From positions 67,111-131,110 of the IMG/VR virus record IMGVR_UViG_3300042922_000923: DNA of 64,000 bases; one strand, given 5' to 3'. This DNA is from a virus. Below, in pieces: positions 31,340 through 40,858 of this stretch. A model generated the notes under the pieces. The model was not told the DNA's origin. It ran no database searches and saw nothing but the letters and a program-made list of their open reading frames with translations. Position 1 is the stretch's first letter. Each line of letters starts with the position of its first letter. A program made the position numbers and the translations under genes.

Positions 31340-32785
31340 TTAGTGAATTAATCCAAAGCTAGGAGATGCCTTGATATTCTTGAATTTCATCCACTTTTTA
31401 GGAGCAAATAATTGAGGTACACCATATATTAGAATCATCCATCTGTATGAAGGAGAAAGAGTTGCCAAATTCATCTTCATCATTGGAGCTAGTTGCTTAA
31501 ATTGAATAACATCTGGAGTAAGTTGTCCCATAAATGAAGTATAAGTGTTAGGCATTGTTTCATTCTTATCATAGCAAGTGATTGAAGTTCCAGCATCGTT
31601 TTGAGAAGCAGGTACTTCTAACACACAGTAAGCTTGAGTACCATCCTTTTCAGTTCTATAAACTCTAAACCATTCAGGAGCTACAGCCATAGATGCAGCA
31701 TTCTTTATAGTTAAAGTAACTGATTTATTTAATCCAGTTGAGTCAATAGCTACAGTAGTAGCTGCTGTAGGTAGAGATTCACCATGTCTACTACAAGCTG
31801 TGACATAATAAGTGTAAGTACCTACACCTGAAGGATTAAAGTCACCAGCATCATTTACTCCTGTTCCTGTTGATACAGCAGCAGTAATGCTTGCAGGAAT
31901 TGTAGGACATTGTTGACCACCAGTAGCCTTTGTAGGAAGTGGAGCAGTCTTTTGAAGGAATAAATCTGAACTAAAGTCGATTGGTCCTCCAATAGATTGG
32001 AATTTGTTTATTGTTAAGCCTGCTTGATATGTGCTTGCAGTAGGCATAATAACTCTTTCCTTAGGGAAGAATGTCTCAGAGAATTTTGCTAATGTTTCAA
32101 ATGGTAGGAATAAATCGGTAGGAACACCGTAATTTTCGATTATCATTTGAGCACCACGATTTATATCAGTATCTTGAAGATCATTACCTCTTAGGTCAAT
32201 TACATTGTCAGGATCTATCAAGTTATTTAATCCATCAAATTGAACACCTTCATTACCATTAGCAGCTAATCTTGAGTTACCCCAGAATAATCCTGTTTCT
32301 AACTTCTTCATTAACCAAAGAATACCATTTCTGTTTTCAAGAGAAATAACGTCTCCATGAGCACTATTTACAAGTGTCATAGGGTGAGTTACGCTTCTAG
32401 TAGTTCCTAAGAACTTAACAAAGCTTGCCTTTCTTTGGTAACTAGAATCTTCTTCATCCGGTAAAATACCTTCACCAACGAATCCTCCACCTTCTGAACC
32501 ATAGCTAGTTAATTGATTGTACTCTTCAACAGTAGAGTAAGCAGGAGCTTTATATATCTTTTTCCAGAATACAATTTGTTTTTCATTGTAAGTTAATACC
32601 TTCAATGAGTTTTCTAATGATTCGACTTGTAAAGCTGCACCATTAACTTGTCCAGATACACCATCTGCATATCCATAGTTTCCTGTGTTTAAGGCTTTAC
32701 TTAATTGAGCTAATGATTGTGAGCTTCCCATACCAAACCCACTACCAAAATTTACATAATCGCTTATTGATACTACACCATTCAT
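31340..32785 (-). CDS. Major capsid protein
   Basis: AALQVESLE, STVEEY, EGILP...DSSYQRK, FDGL and LAPMMK; SPO1/Twort-like major capsid. Confidence 0.92.
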   Translation of the reverse strand: MNGVVSISDYVNFGSGFGMGSSQSLAQLSKALNTGNYGYADGVSGQVNGAALQVESLENSLKVLTYNEKQIVFWKKIYKAPAYSTVEEYNQLTSYGSEGGGFVGEGILPDEEDSSYQRKASFVKFLGTTRSVTHPMTLVNSAHGDVISLENRNGILWLMKKLETGLFWGNSRLAANGNEGVQFDGLNNLIDPDNVIDLRGNDLQDTDINRGAQMIIENYGVPTDLFLPFETLAKFSETFFPKERVIMPTASTYQAGLTINKFQSIGGPIDFSSDLFLQKTAPLPTKATGGQQCPTIPASITAAVSTGTGVNDAGDFNPSGVGTYTYYVTACSRHGESLPTAATTVAIDSTGLNKSVTLTIKNAASMAVAPEWFRVYRTEKDGTQAYCVLEVPASQNDAGTSITCYDKNETMPNTYTSFMGQLTPDVIQFKQLAPMMKMNLATLSPSYRWMILIYGVPQLFAPKKWMKFKNIKASPSFGLIH

Positions 32786-32800
32786 AACTACACCTCCAAA

Positions 32801-33661
32801 TTATTGTCTTGATGAAGCAATTTGATTTATTCTAGTTTCTACTTCAGGTCTTAAAGGAGAACCAGACTCTAAATTAAGAATATCCATAGGCATTACGGTA
32901 TCTCCTTTTTCAAAGAGTTCCATAGCTATAGTTGTTTTTTCGGATTTACTAAGAGGTTGGTTTTCTTCTCCGATACTCTTAGTAAAGTTTTTATTGTGAA
33001 CAGATAAGTCTCTTACTGACTTTCTCATGGTTGGTTGACCTTCCATTTCTTCAATTCTTGTAGACATATCTTCCATTTTTTCAGAAATTGATTTAACTAA
33101 GCTAGTTAATTGCACGTTTTGTTGCATAGTAGCTTCTTGAGCTTTAAACAATGCTCCAAATGATTTTGCAAAAGCACCAACTACATTTTCATCTGGTCCT
33201 TTTTGTTCTAGAGCATTTTTAACTCCTTCTAAAGACTTAGAAAGCTCTACAGTAACTCTACTTAAGAAAGGACTAACATCTAGAACATTTCCTTCAGGAG
33301 AATTTTGTACTGATTTTTCTAATGATTCAGGATCAGTAGATTTCTTGCAGTCATCTTTGTCTTTATCTCCTTTTTTATCATCAGAAGTATCTCCATTTTT
33401 AGGATCTGAAATGTCGGCAGCATTAACGTCACCTTCTGATTTTTGAATAGTACCTGAAAAAGCACCTTCATCTTCATCAAGTTTCTTACCTGTTTTACCT
33501 GCTGCATCTGACAAAGAACCATTTGCAGTAGCTGCATCAGAATCTGCCTTTGCTATTGAAGCTGTAACTTGAGATTGAGCACCTTGAAAATTCTCAGATT
33601 TTACTACTAAATTTTCAGCTTCTTGTGTCATATTTAATAATGATTTAATTAAATCGCTCAT
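32801..33661 (-). CDS. Scaffold-like protein
   Basis: Acidic/coiled-coil with repeated KS motifs; between protease and capsid genes. Confidence 0.65.
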   Translation of the reverse strand: MSDLIKSLLNMTQEAENLVVKSENFQGAQSQVTASIAKADSDAATANGSLSDAAGKTGKKLDEDEGAFSGTIQKSEGDVNAADISDPKNGDTSDDKKGDKDKDDCKKSTDPESLEKSVQNSPEGNVLDVSPFLSRVTVELSKSLEGVKNALEQKGPDENVVGAFAKSFGALFKAQEATMQQNVQLTSLVKSISEKMEDMSTRIEEMEGQPTMRKSVRDLSVHNKNFTKSIGEENQPLSKSEKTTIAMELFEKGDTVMPMDILNLESGSPLRPEVETRINQIASSRQ

Positions 33662-33677
33662 TAAACTTACCTCCTAC

Positions 33678-34472
33678 TTATTTTTCATTTTCATATTTAA
33701 AAACTATATTTTGAGCATCTTGTCTAGAGACTCCAGTAGATACTTGTAAAAATAATATAGCTTCATTAACACTTAGAGATTTATTAACTAGCAACTGGTC
33801 TTTCAGCAAATTACGTTTTTCCTTTGCTTCATCTGAATCATCACAAAGAGTAGATAGATTTTTTAAAGATGTATCCAAGGATTCTCTCTTTAAACAACTT
33901 CCATTATTCTCTTCATCTAGATTAAATTCATAGCCAGCATCACATGCTTTTGATATGTCATAATTATCTTCAGTAAAGCTCTTTATTACTGCTTCCCATG
34001 TAGCAGTAGGGTTAACTGGATTAGCTGTAATTGCACAGTTGTATATAAGTGCTTTTAAAATTTTGCCTGTTTCAGACTTCTTTAGAATCTTACCTTCTAC
34101 AGAAAATCCAAGTCTTCTAGGAGCATTCGATTTCTGAAGAGCTACAGCTGTTTCCCACATACGATCAGCAATATCTACACCTCTAAGAAGTGTACCTTCT
34201 ACATATAAACCTTTTGAATCAATCTTTGTTTTTGACTTATCTGGATAACCTAATATGATTGAATTATCATGGTCATAATTGAACCAGCCATGATTAACAA
34301 AGTTTGAAATGTCTAGTCCAGATTGTAGAATACTTTCATCTTGCCTATCTTTAAATGAGTTTGAAGCATAACCTCTAATTCTACGTTCACCTTTATCAGA
34401 AGAATCTGACTTCTCAATATCTATTTCAAAAGGTACAAAGAACGCAAAGTCACTTTTTGATCTAGCTTTCAC
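33678..34472 (-). CDS. Prohead protease
   Basis: IRGYAS...DRQDE, FNYDH, LGFSVEG and CAITANPVNPTATW. Confidence 0.9.
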   Translation of the reverse strand: MKARSKSDFAFFVPFEIDIEKSDSSDKGERRIRGYASNSFKDRQDESILQSGLDISNFVNHGWFNYDHDNSIILGYPDKSKTKIDSKGLYVEGTLLRGVDIADRMWETAVALQKSNAPRRLGFSVEGKILKKSETGKILKALIYNCAITANPVNPTATWEAVIKSFTEDNYDISKACDAGYEFNLDEENNGSCLKRESLDTSLKNLSTLCDDSDEAKEKRNLLKDQLLVNKSLSVNEAILFLQVSTGVSRQDAQNIVFKYENEK

Positions 34473-34598
34473 CTTTATTCACCTCCTGCTCTTTTCAGTA
34501 ATAATATTCTTAAGCGTACACATAGCAGTTTTATGAGCAAATAAAATTTAAATATAAATACTTGGAAAAAATAAATAGAATACTATTTTCAACAATAA

Positions 34599-34628
34599 TT
34601 TACAAAGTATTCAAAAATAAGGTATAAT
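34599..34628 (+). promoter_or_regulatory. Sigma-A-like promoter
   Basis: TTTACA-N18-TATAAT upstream of ORF 34669. Confidence 0.55.
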
Positions 34629-34668
34629 AAATTTGTACAATATACAGAGTGCTTTATAAAGAGAGGCA

Positions 34669-35631
34669 ATGGTGAATATGTATGACAAAGACAATGATAT
34701 TAATAGCATTTTCTTAGAAGATTCAAGAACTAAAAAAAGAATAGCAATAGGAATTCATTCTAGAGCTAGTAGAAGAGGTTATATTAAAGGTGGTGTAAGA
34801 ACTCAAAGTGACTATTTAAGTAAAAAAGAAAAGAATAAACTAAATGGAGAGGTGCGAATATATAATATGTACGATGATTATAAGAACTTAGAAAATTGTG
34901 ATTTGACTGAAATATTTAAAAAGGAACCTAATGAAATTAAAGCTATTTTGACTATGATGAAAGAAAATAATACTGCTAATGCAATATGCAAAAAATTTAA
35001 ATTTTCAAATGGGACATTATATAATTTATATAAAAAATATGGAGTTTACATAGAGAAAAAAGAACGTAGAGTACCTGCATTGAAACAGAATAATTCAACG
35101 TTACCAAACATTATTTTAACTAAAGAGAAATTTGATTTACTTGATTCCTTAGATAAAGGGAGATATATTTTACATATAAAAGAGCTTAAGAAACTAAGTT
35201 CAAGAGATCTTGCTGCTAAACTTAATGTATCTAAATCTATGCTAACTTACTATACAGATAAACTTAAAAATTCAAATAAAAAAGATGAACCTGAAAATAA
35301 AATTGTGCCTAAAGACAGTATTCCTAAAGAAGTTCTAGAAGAGGTTGCATTTACTTCTGAGGAAAAAGAAGATAACTCTGAGAGTGCATTGTTATATAAG
35401 AGGATACAGGACCTAGAAAGAGAAATTCTAGAAACCAAAAATGAAAATAAAAAATTAGTGGACCATTTAATGGAACTTTCAAAGACTGATAAAAAAGAAC
35501 AAGGCCTAAAAATAGATATTAATGGATCTTATTCTAAAGAGGAATTAAGTGATAGACTGCTTTCACTAGATCATATAACTCTAGAAAATAAGACATATAG
35601 AATAGCATTGCACTTAGAAGAAGAGCTTTAA
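34669..35631 (+). CDS. Hypothetical DNA-binding protein (two HTH-like segments plus coiled coil)
   Basis: TANAICKKFKFSNGTLYNL and SSRDLAAKLNVSKSMLTYY. Confidence 0.6.
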   Translation: MVNMYDKDNDINSIFLEDSRTKKRIAIGIHSRASRRGYIKGGVRTQSDYLSKKEKNKLNGEVRIYNMYDDYKNLENCDLTEIFKKEPNEIKAILTMMKENNTANAICKKFKFSNGTLYNLYKKYGVYIEKKERRVPALKQNNSTLPNIILTKEKFDLLDSLDKGRYILHIKELKKLSSRDLAAKLNVSKSMLTYYTDKLKNSNKKDEPENKIVPKDSIPKEVLEEVAFTSEEKEDNSESALLYKRIQDLEREILETKNENKKLVDHLMELSKTDKKEQGLKIDINGSYSKEELSDRLLSLDHITLENKTYRIALHLEEEL

Positions 35632-35638
35632 ATATATA

Positions 35639-35663
35639 AGCCTAGCTAATAATTAGCTAGGCT
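35639..35663. terminator. Hairpin between convergent genes
   Basis: agcctagctaat-a-attagctaggct inverted repeat. Confidence 0.6.
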
Positions 35664-35672
35664 ATACTAGTG

Positions 35673-35966
35673 TTACTCAGAAGGACTATTATCACTAGAT
35701 TCATTTGGTGCATCTGTAGTAGTAGTTCCTGTTGTAGGAGCTGGTAAATATGCAAGAGTTTCATCATATTCTTGCTGATTTATCCATCCGTTTTTTAATG
35801 CTTCATCAAACTCAAATCTATAAAAGTTTAATGCCGCATACTGTTCTACTGCATCATAGTACCCATCTGCAATGCTTGGATATCCATCTCTAGGTGTTAA
35901 TCTGTATGTCCCAAACCTATAAATGTTTAGAGCATAAGTTGAAGTTCTAAAAGGTAATAATGCCAT
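35673..35966 (-). CDS. Small fibre-associated protein (XkdX-like end)
   Basis: GWINQQEYDE motif; downstream of the fibre gene. Confidence 0.5.
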   Translation of the reverse strand: MALLPFRTSTYALNIYRFGTYRLTPRDGYPSIADGYYDAVEQYAALNFYRFEFDEALKNGWINQQEYDETLAYLPAPTTGTTTTDAPNESSDNSPSE

Positions 35967-36023
35967 AAGTAAACCCTCTTTTCATCTTTAATTTTTATTA
36001 AAATAACTACAATTAAGTAATTA

Positions 36024-36293
36024 TTATAAGCTTGTTATAAAGTCTATCATTTGTGATAAATTAGTGTTTGTTGTAGCCAAACTTTGTTTTAAAACATCAA
36101 TTTCACTTGGAACAGGTGTTGAAGGAACTACTATTGGATCTGGCTTACCATTTGGATAAGCTTTTTCAAATTCATCAAATAGTTCTAATTCCTCTTTTGT
36201 TGCTCCATCTCTTGGTATACATTTAATAAAGCCATCATCATTAGTTATTATTAGAACATTATCTATTAAATTAGTTTTATTTAAATCTAACAT
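36024..36293 (-). CDS. Small fibre assembly-like protein
   Basis: Pro-rich linker plus coiled coil directly after the fibre gene. Confidence 0.5.
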   Translation of the reverse strand: MLDLNKTNLIDNVLIITNDDGFIKCIPRDGATKEELELFDEFEKAYPNGKPDPIVVPSTPVPSEIDVLKQSLATTNTNLSQMIDFITSL

Positions 36294-36303
36294 AATCTGC
36301 CTC

Positions 36304-39168
36304 CTATATTCTTCCTCTACAGTCTGAAATTAATTTTAATCCGATATTACAACCATAATTTTTTATATCAGTTATAGTAGAACCATCTGAAGTATACCAG
36401 CGTATAAAAACACTTGACTTAGATGGAACAACTGCATTTAAATTAAACTTATTTGTAACATCTATAGAATCTGCTGTACCTTGTCCTTTCCAAATACTAA
36501 AACTCGATATGGATACTATAGGCATAACTTTTTTTATCACTCCAAAATGTAATAGTATTGATACATACAAATTACCTCCAGTGTGGTAATAAGAAATATT
36601 TGGTCTAAAAGAATATGGGTTAGTAAAGTCTATAGTCTCATATAAACTCAAGTCAACAATAGAATCTAAGATACTATCGTGTTGTTGCCTATTGTTGACT
36701 TCTTCCTGAATATTTTCTATGGTTCCTACGATATCCTGACCATATGAACAACTTATAACACCAATCTGTGGTGCTTGAGTTGCTAATATTTTATAATCTA
36801 CAGTATAAGTTGAATTAATATCAAAATTAGCTACCGTCCATGCTAAAAATTCTCTTCCGTATCCCCTACCAGTATCATATCCACTTCTATTATATTTAGA
36901 GTCAAAAATTAAATTTCTATAAGCATTACTTATTGATTCAACTTTATACTTTAAAGGAGAATTAAAAGTTGTATCATTCAAATAATAATTATTGCTACCT
37001 CCACCTAATACTGGATTGGCGACTTCCTCTAGTATAATTCCAGAGTCTAAATACAAATAATTATCTCCTACATCAAATTTAGGAATATCCCCCTTAACAT
37101 TACAGTTAAGATCTGTAGTAGGTTCTGGATTCTGCAATTTATAATGTAACTGATATCCTGGGTACCCAGGTGCCACATTGTTTTTACAGTAATTAAGTAA
37201 TGGAGTACTAGCTATTCCATCATCTTCTTTCACAACTACAGTGCCGATAGAAGCACTATGAGTTATTGCAGATATAGTTAAAGTATTTGAGGATATCGCA
37301 GTTATAGTTCTTCCCCATACTGTACCATCGTCACACACTAGGGCTAACCCATCCCCAACTGAGAATATTGAACTATTTTCAACAACTAGTGAGGTAGAAC
37401 CACTTGTATAAGTAGATGATAATTTAGTAGATGGCCCTCCACTGGGAAGGCTACCGTCTACAATACTTATCCACGTTACATATCTACCATTGGTGCTAAA
37501 AAGAGCTTTCCAACCATTCATAAAACATTTAACTTCATCGTTGTTAGGATTTATGTTTTCTGTCCATCCTGTATCTGTGTCTGATACTTGTGGATAAATA
37601 TTAGTATATGATTTTAAGATATTTAAAGAATCTGTCTTAGTAGATGTACCAATATTCTCAATAGTCAAGATTTTACTATCATATTTTGTAAAAATAACAC
37701 TCGAAATATCACCATTATCTATAAAATTAGGTAACGAAGACTTTGCTAGTTTTATAGATTTCCAACTAGTAGCATCTGCATCAAATTGCCAGTCATAATC
37801 CTTACCAAATAGAGTTTTATGCTTCCACCATATTTGACCAGTAACTTTCCCATTACTGTAGGTAATAGAATCATCAGAAGTTAACTTAGTTTCTAATACT
37901 GTTCTTTCAATTCTACAAGGTTTGTATGCAGATGGAGCGGTTGTTCCTTCTACTAACATTATATTTCTAAATGTACATGTTGTACTTGGCGATACAATGT
38001 GCATTAATATTGCAATTTTAGAATTACTATCACTATTAAAAGTTCCACTTTCAGAAATTAATGTTACAACATCACTTGAAAAAACTCTTACTGATCCTCC
38101 ATTAGTTGTTGTTCCTTGTAAATAGTAATTTGTATTAGGTTTTACATTTAAAATTTGCTTTACCCATGTACCACTACTAGATGGTGATGTAACGCTAAAT
38201 ACTCCATTCAATACTGAAAAAGCTGTTGTTACCAAGGTATTAGGTGTCCACCATGCAGTTCCTTCTTCACCATTACCATTTCTAATTAAGTTATCATGTT
38301 TTATCTCAAGGTACGGATTTGTTAAACAGGTATAGGAATCTACGTAAGGATATTTAGATAAAAGAGTATCTACGCCTAAAGCATACTCAGAAGAAGTTAT
38401 TTCATTAATCATTATTCCATCAACATAAGCATATTGTCCACTTGTACCTGTAACATATATTGCTAATACATTTAAAGAATTAAAATCAGATGGTTGTATT
38501 ACTACTCCTACCCTATTAAACTTAGTAGTATCTGTTACTGTTGCACTTGAAATAGTAGTTCCACCACCAGTAGAATCTTTCATTACTTTTACACTTGTAG
38601 CATTTCCATTTTTCAAATATGCACTAAATAAATAATATTTAGAGGTATCTAAATTATATTTCGATATAGGATTATTTATATTGGCATTTGTACCGGTAAG
38701 ATTTATCTTAATTCCAATATTCCCATCTAAATTAGTAGTAGCAGTAACATTATTCCACTTACTTACATCTTCACAATTTCCATCTTTACCTAATAAGTTC
38801 ACTAATGTTTTGCCCTTAATACTAAACTCAGGAGATGTAGAAACCTTTCCTGAATTAGTAATAACATTATTCATACCATAACTAATAGTTGGAGTTGCTA
38901 TAACTGATGCTGAAAGATTATCAGATAAAGATTTTATTTTTGAATTAGTATCGTCTATGTTATACGTATTTTCATTTATTGCATCTACTACAGATTTATT
39001 ATCTGTATTTAAATTAGCTACATTTCCTATCTCATTCTGATATATATTTTCTAAAGTTTTATCATTATTTAAGATAACTGCATCTCCAGAAGTATATACA
39101 TCAACGTCTTCTATTATAGTTCCATCTGAATCAACAGAGTGAATACGTGCTTTTTTTAAATTAGACAT
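36304..39168 (-). CDS. Large fibre/receptor-binding-like virion protein
   Basis: IKGKTLVNLLG and carbohydrate-binding-like beta domains; N-terminus shared with ORF 5343-6848. Confidence 0.7.
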   Translation of the reverse strand: MSNLKKARIHSVDSDGTIIEDVDVYTSGDAVILNNDKTLENIYQNEIGNVANLNTDNKSVVDAINENTYNIDDTNSKIKSLSDNLSASVIATPTISYGMNNVITNSGKVSTSPEFSIKGKTLVNLLGKDGNCEDVSKWNNVTATTNLDGNIGIKINLTGTNANINNPISKYNLDTSKYYLFSAYLKNGNATSVKVMKDSTGGGTTISSATVTDTTKFNRVGVVIQPSDFNSLNVLAIYVTGTSGQYAYVDGIMINEITSSEYALGVDTLLSKYPYVDSYTCLTNPYLEIKHDNLIRNGNGEEGTAWWTPNTLVTTAFSVLNGVFSVTSPSSSGTWVKQILNVKPNTNYYLQGTTTNGGSVRVFSSDVVTLISESGTFNSDSNSKIAILMHIVSPSTTCTFRNIMLVEGTTAPSAYKPCRIERTVLETKLTSDDSITYSNGKVTGQIWWKHKTLFGKDYDWQFDADATSWKSIKLAKSSLPNFIDNGDISSVIFTKYDSKILTIENIGTSTKTDSLNILKSYTNIYPQVSDTDTGWTENINPNNDEVKCFMNGWKALFSTNGRYVTWISIVDGSLPSGGPSTKLSSTYTSGSTSLVVENSSIFSVGDGLALVCDDGTVWGRTITAISSNTLTISAITHSASIGTVVVKEDDGIASTPLLNYCKNNVAPGYPGYQLHYKLQNPEPTTDLNCNVKGDIPKFDVGDNYLYLDSGIILEEVANPVLGGGSNNYYLNDTTFNSPLKYKVESISNAYRNLIFDSKYNRSGYDTGRGYGREFLAWTVANFDINSTYTVDYKILATQAPQIGVISCSYGQDIVGTIENIQEEVNNRQQHDSILDSIVDLSLYETIDFTNPYSFRPNISYYHTGGNLYVSILLHFGVIKKVMPIVSISSFSIWKGQGTADSIDVTNKFNLNAVVPSKSSVFIRWYTSDGSTITDIKNYGCNIGLKLISDCRGRI

Positions 39169-39259
39169 AGGTAGACTTCATCTCCTTTATCTTTTTTAAT
39201 AATATACAATAAAGTACATAATTAATTTTTGATAAAAAAAAGAGCAGTGTAAACTGCTC

Positions 39260-40822
39260 TTAAACATCTATTTCTATATTTACTGATTTTTTAACATCAT
39301 CTTGTTCATTTTCAGAAGGATCTACTGGAGCTTGAGCATTTTGCTGCATCATTTGTTGTTGTTGAGCTTGTTGAAGTTGCTGCATAACAGTCATAGCTCT
39401 TTGTTGCTGTTGTTGTTGTAGATTAGACATATACTGAACAAATACACCATCTAGAATAATATCTCCATTCTCAAGTGGTTCTTGATCGTGTTCTGCACGT
39501 ATTTCATTTACAGTTTTATAAGTCTTAACTTGTGATGCATCGAGTTCAGCTTGATCCTTTTCAGAGTTTTCATTAAGACCTTTAAATATAAATATAAAAT
39601 CAGGACTAAATTGCCAGATAATATACTTATTTATTAAACTTGCTACGAAAGTCAACAAAGGCTTTAATCCTTTATCTTTAGATTGATTAAATTTTTCTTT
39701 ATGTCCACCTTCCATCATAGAAGCACCTTTTCCACCAACGCCACCGTTATTAGGAAAATTGACTTCAGCTGGATCTATTTGAAAAACTGCACATGAAATA
39801 TTAATTAGATAATTCATCCATTTCTCAAATTCCATTTCTCTATTAGACTGAGATACATTAATATATTCTAATCCATTTGGAACATTCATAATTGGAGTCT
39901 TCCATGCTCCTGTAAGTCCACTTACTTGTGCGTGCCACTGTCTTTTAAAGGACTCTAATGTTTCAAGATTTACTTCATTGGTCCCCGACTTTATATTAAT
40001 TATACCCTTTGTAGTACCACCTTGACTAAAAAATCTAGAATTATATTCTTCTGCAAATAGATGTGCAGTGACTTGATGCATAATTTGCTCAAGTTCTCCA
40101 AATCCATAAGGCTGAATATCAATATCTGTTCTAGGATTACGTACTCCAAAAGCTAAATTTCTAGAATTAAATACAGCTTCAATTTTACCATTAATAACTT
40201 GAACCCATTTAACCTTCTCTGGATCATTAGAATACTCTGCATATACTGAATCTTTGTCCTTTTCTGAAGCAGCTCTTATTGTTGCTGCATCAACTGCTAG
40301 TATTTCAGCAGGTCTTCCTTTTCTATCTGGTACAACTTCAAAAGCAACTTGATCGTAAGTAAGAGAGTCTCTGAGTATCTTTTTAACGAATGTATCAAAT
40401 GAATCCCTATCCATATCGTCATCAAATCCACAGTTCTCCAAAAACATCTCCAGGGCCAAGATAACCTTCTTTTGTTCATCCGTAGGAGAAGCTTTAGGAT
40501 CTCTCAATTTTATTTCATATCCAAGTCCATCCTCACTAAATTTTGCAGGTTTAGTAAAATTTGATACTTGATTTATTCTGGTAAGGATAATAGAACTAAT
40601 AACTGCATTCTTTGCAGCCATTTTTTTTAATATATCATAACTTAAAGAGAAAGGTCTATCCTTGTATCCTGCTGCATCTATCAAAGACATAGGATCAAAA
40701 TACACTGCTGTAGGTGATTGTGCAGGCATACTTTTTGCTAAATTAAAATTTATTGGTTGAAATTCTTTAGAGTAACTAACAGTACCCTCTGATTTCTTAA
40801 ATACACTACTAAATGGTCCCAT
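39260..40822 (-). CDS. Portal protein
   Basis: IILTRINQV, RDSLTYDQV, RNPR...YGFGELE, FFSQGG..KG and TVNEIR. Confidence 0.93.
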   Translation of the reverse strand: MGPFSSVFKKSEGTVSYSKEFQPINFNLAKSMPAQSPTAVYFDPMSLIDAAGYKDRPFSLSYDILKKMAAKNAVISSIILTRINQVSNFTKPAKFSEDGLGYEIKLRDPKASPTDEQKKVILALEMFLENCGFDDDMDRDSFDTFVKKILRDSLTYDQVAFEVVPDRKGRPAEILAVDAATIRAASEKDKDSVYAEYSNDPEKVKWVQVINGKIEAVFNSRNLAFGVRNPRTDIDIQPYGFGELEQIMHQVTAHLFAEEYNSRFFSQGGTTKGIINIKSGTNEVNLETLESFKRQWHAQVSGLTGAWKTPIMNVPNGLEYINVSQSNREMEFEKWMNYLINISCAVFQIDPAEVNFPNNGGVGGKGASMMEGGHKEKFNQSKDKGLKPLLTFVASLINKYIIWQFSPDFIFIFKGLNENSEKDQAELDASQVKTYKTVNEIRAEHDQEPLENGDIILDGVFVQYMSNLQQQQQQRAMTVMQQLQQAQQQQMMQQNAQAPVDPSENEQDDVKKSVNIEIDV

Positions 40823-40858
40823 AGAAAATTCCTCCTTTTCTATGTAGTAATATAGCAT

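Noticed and set aside
39330-39420. CAA/CAG-rich repeat
   Set aside because: Encodes the low-complexity poly-Gln tail of the portal protein; not an independent element
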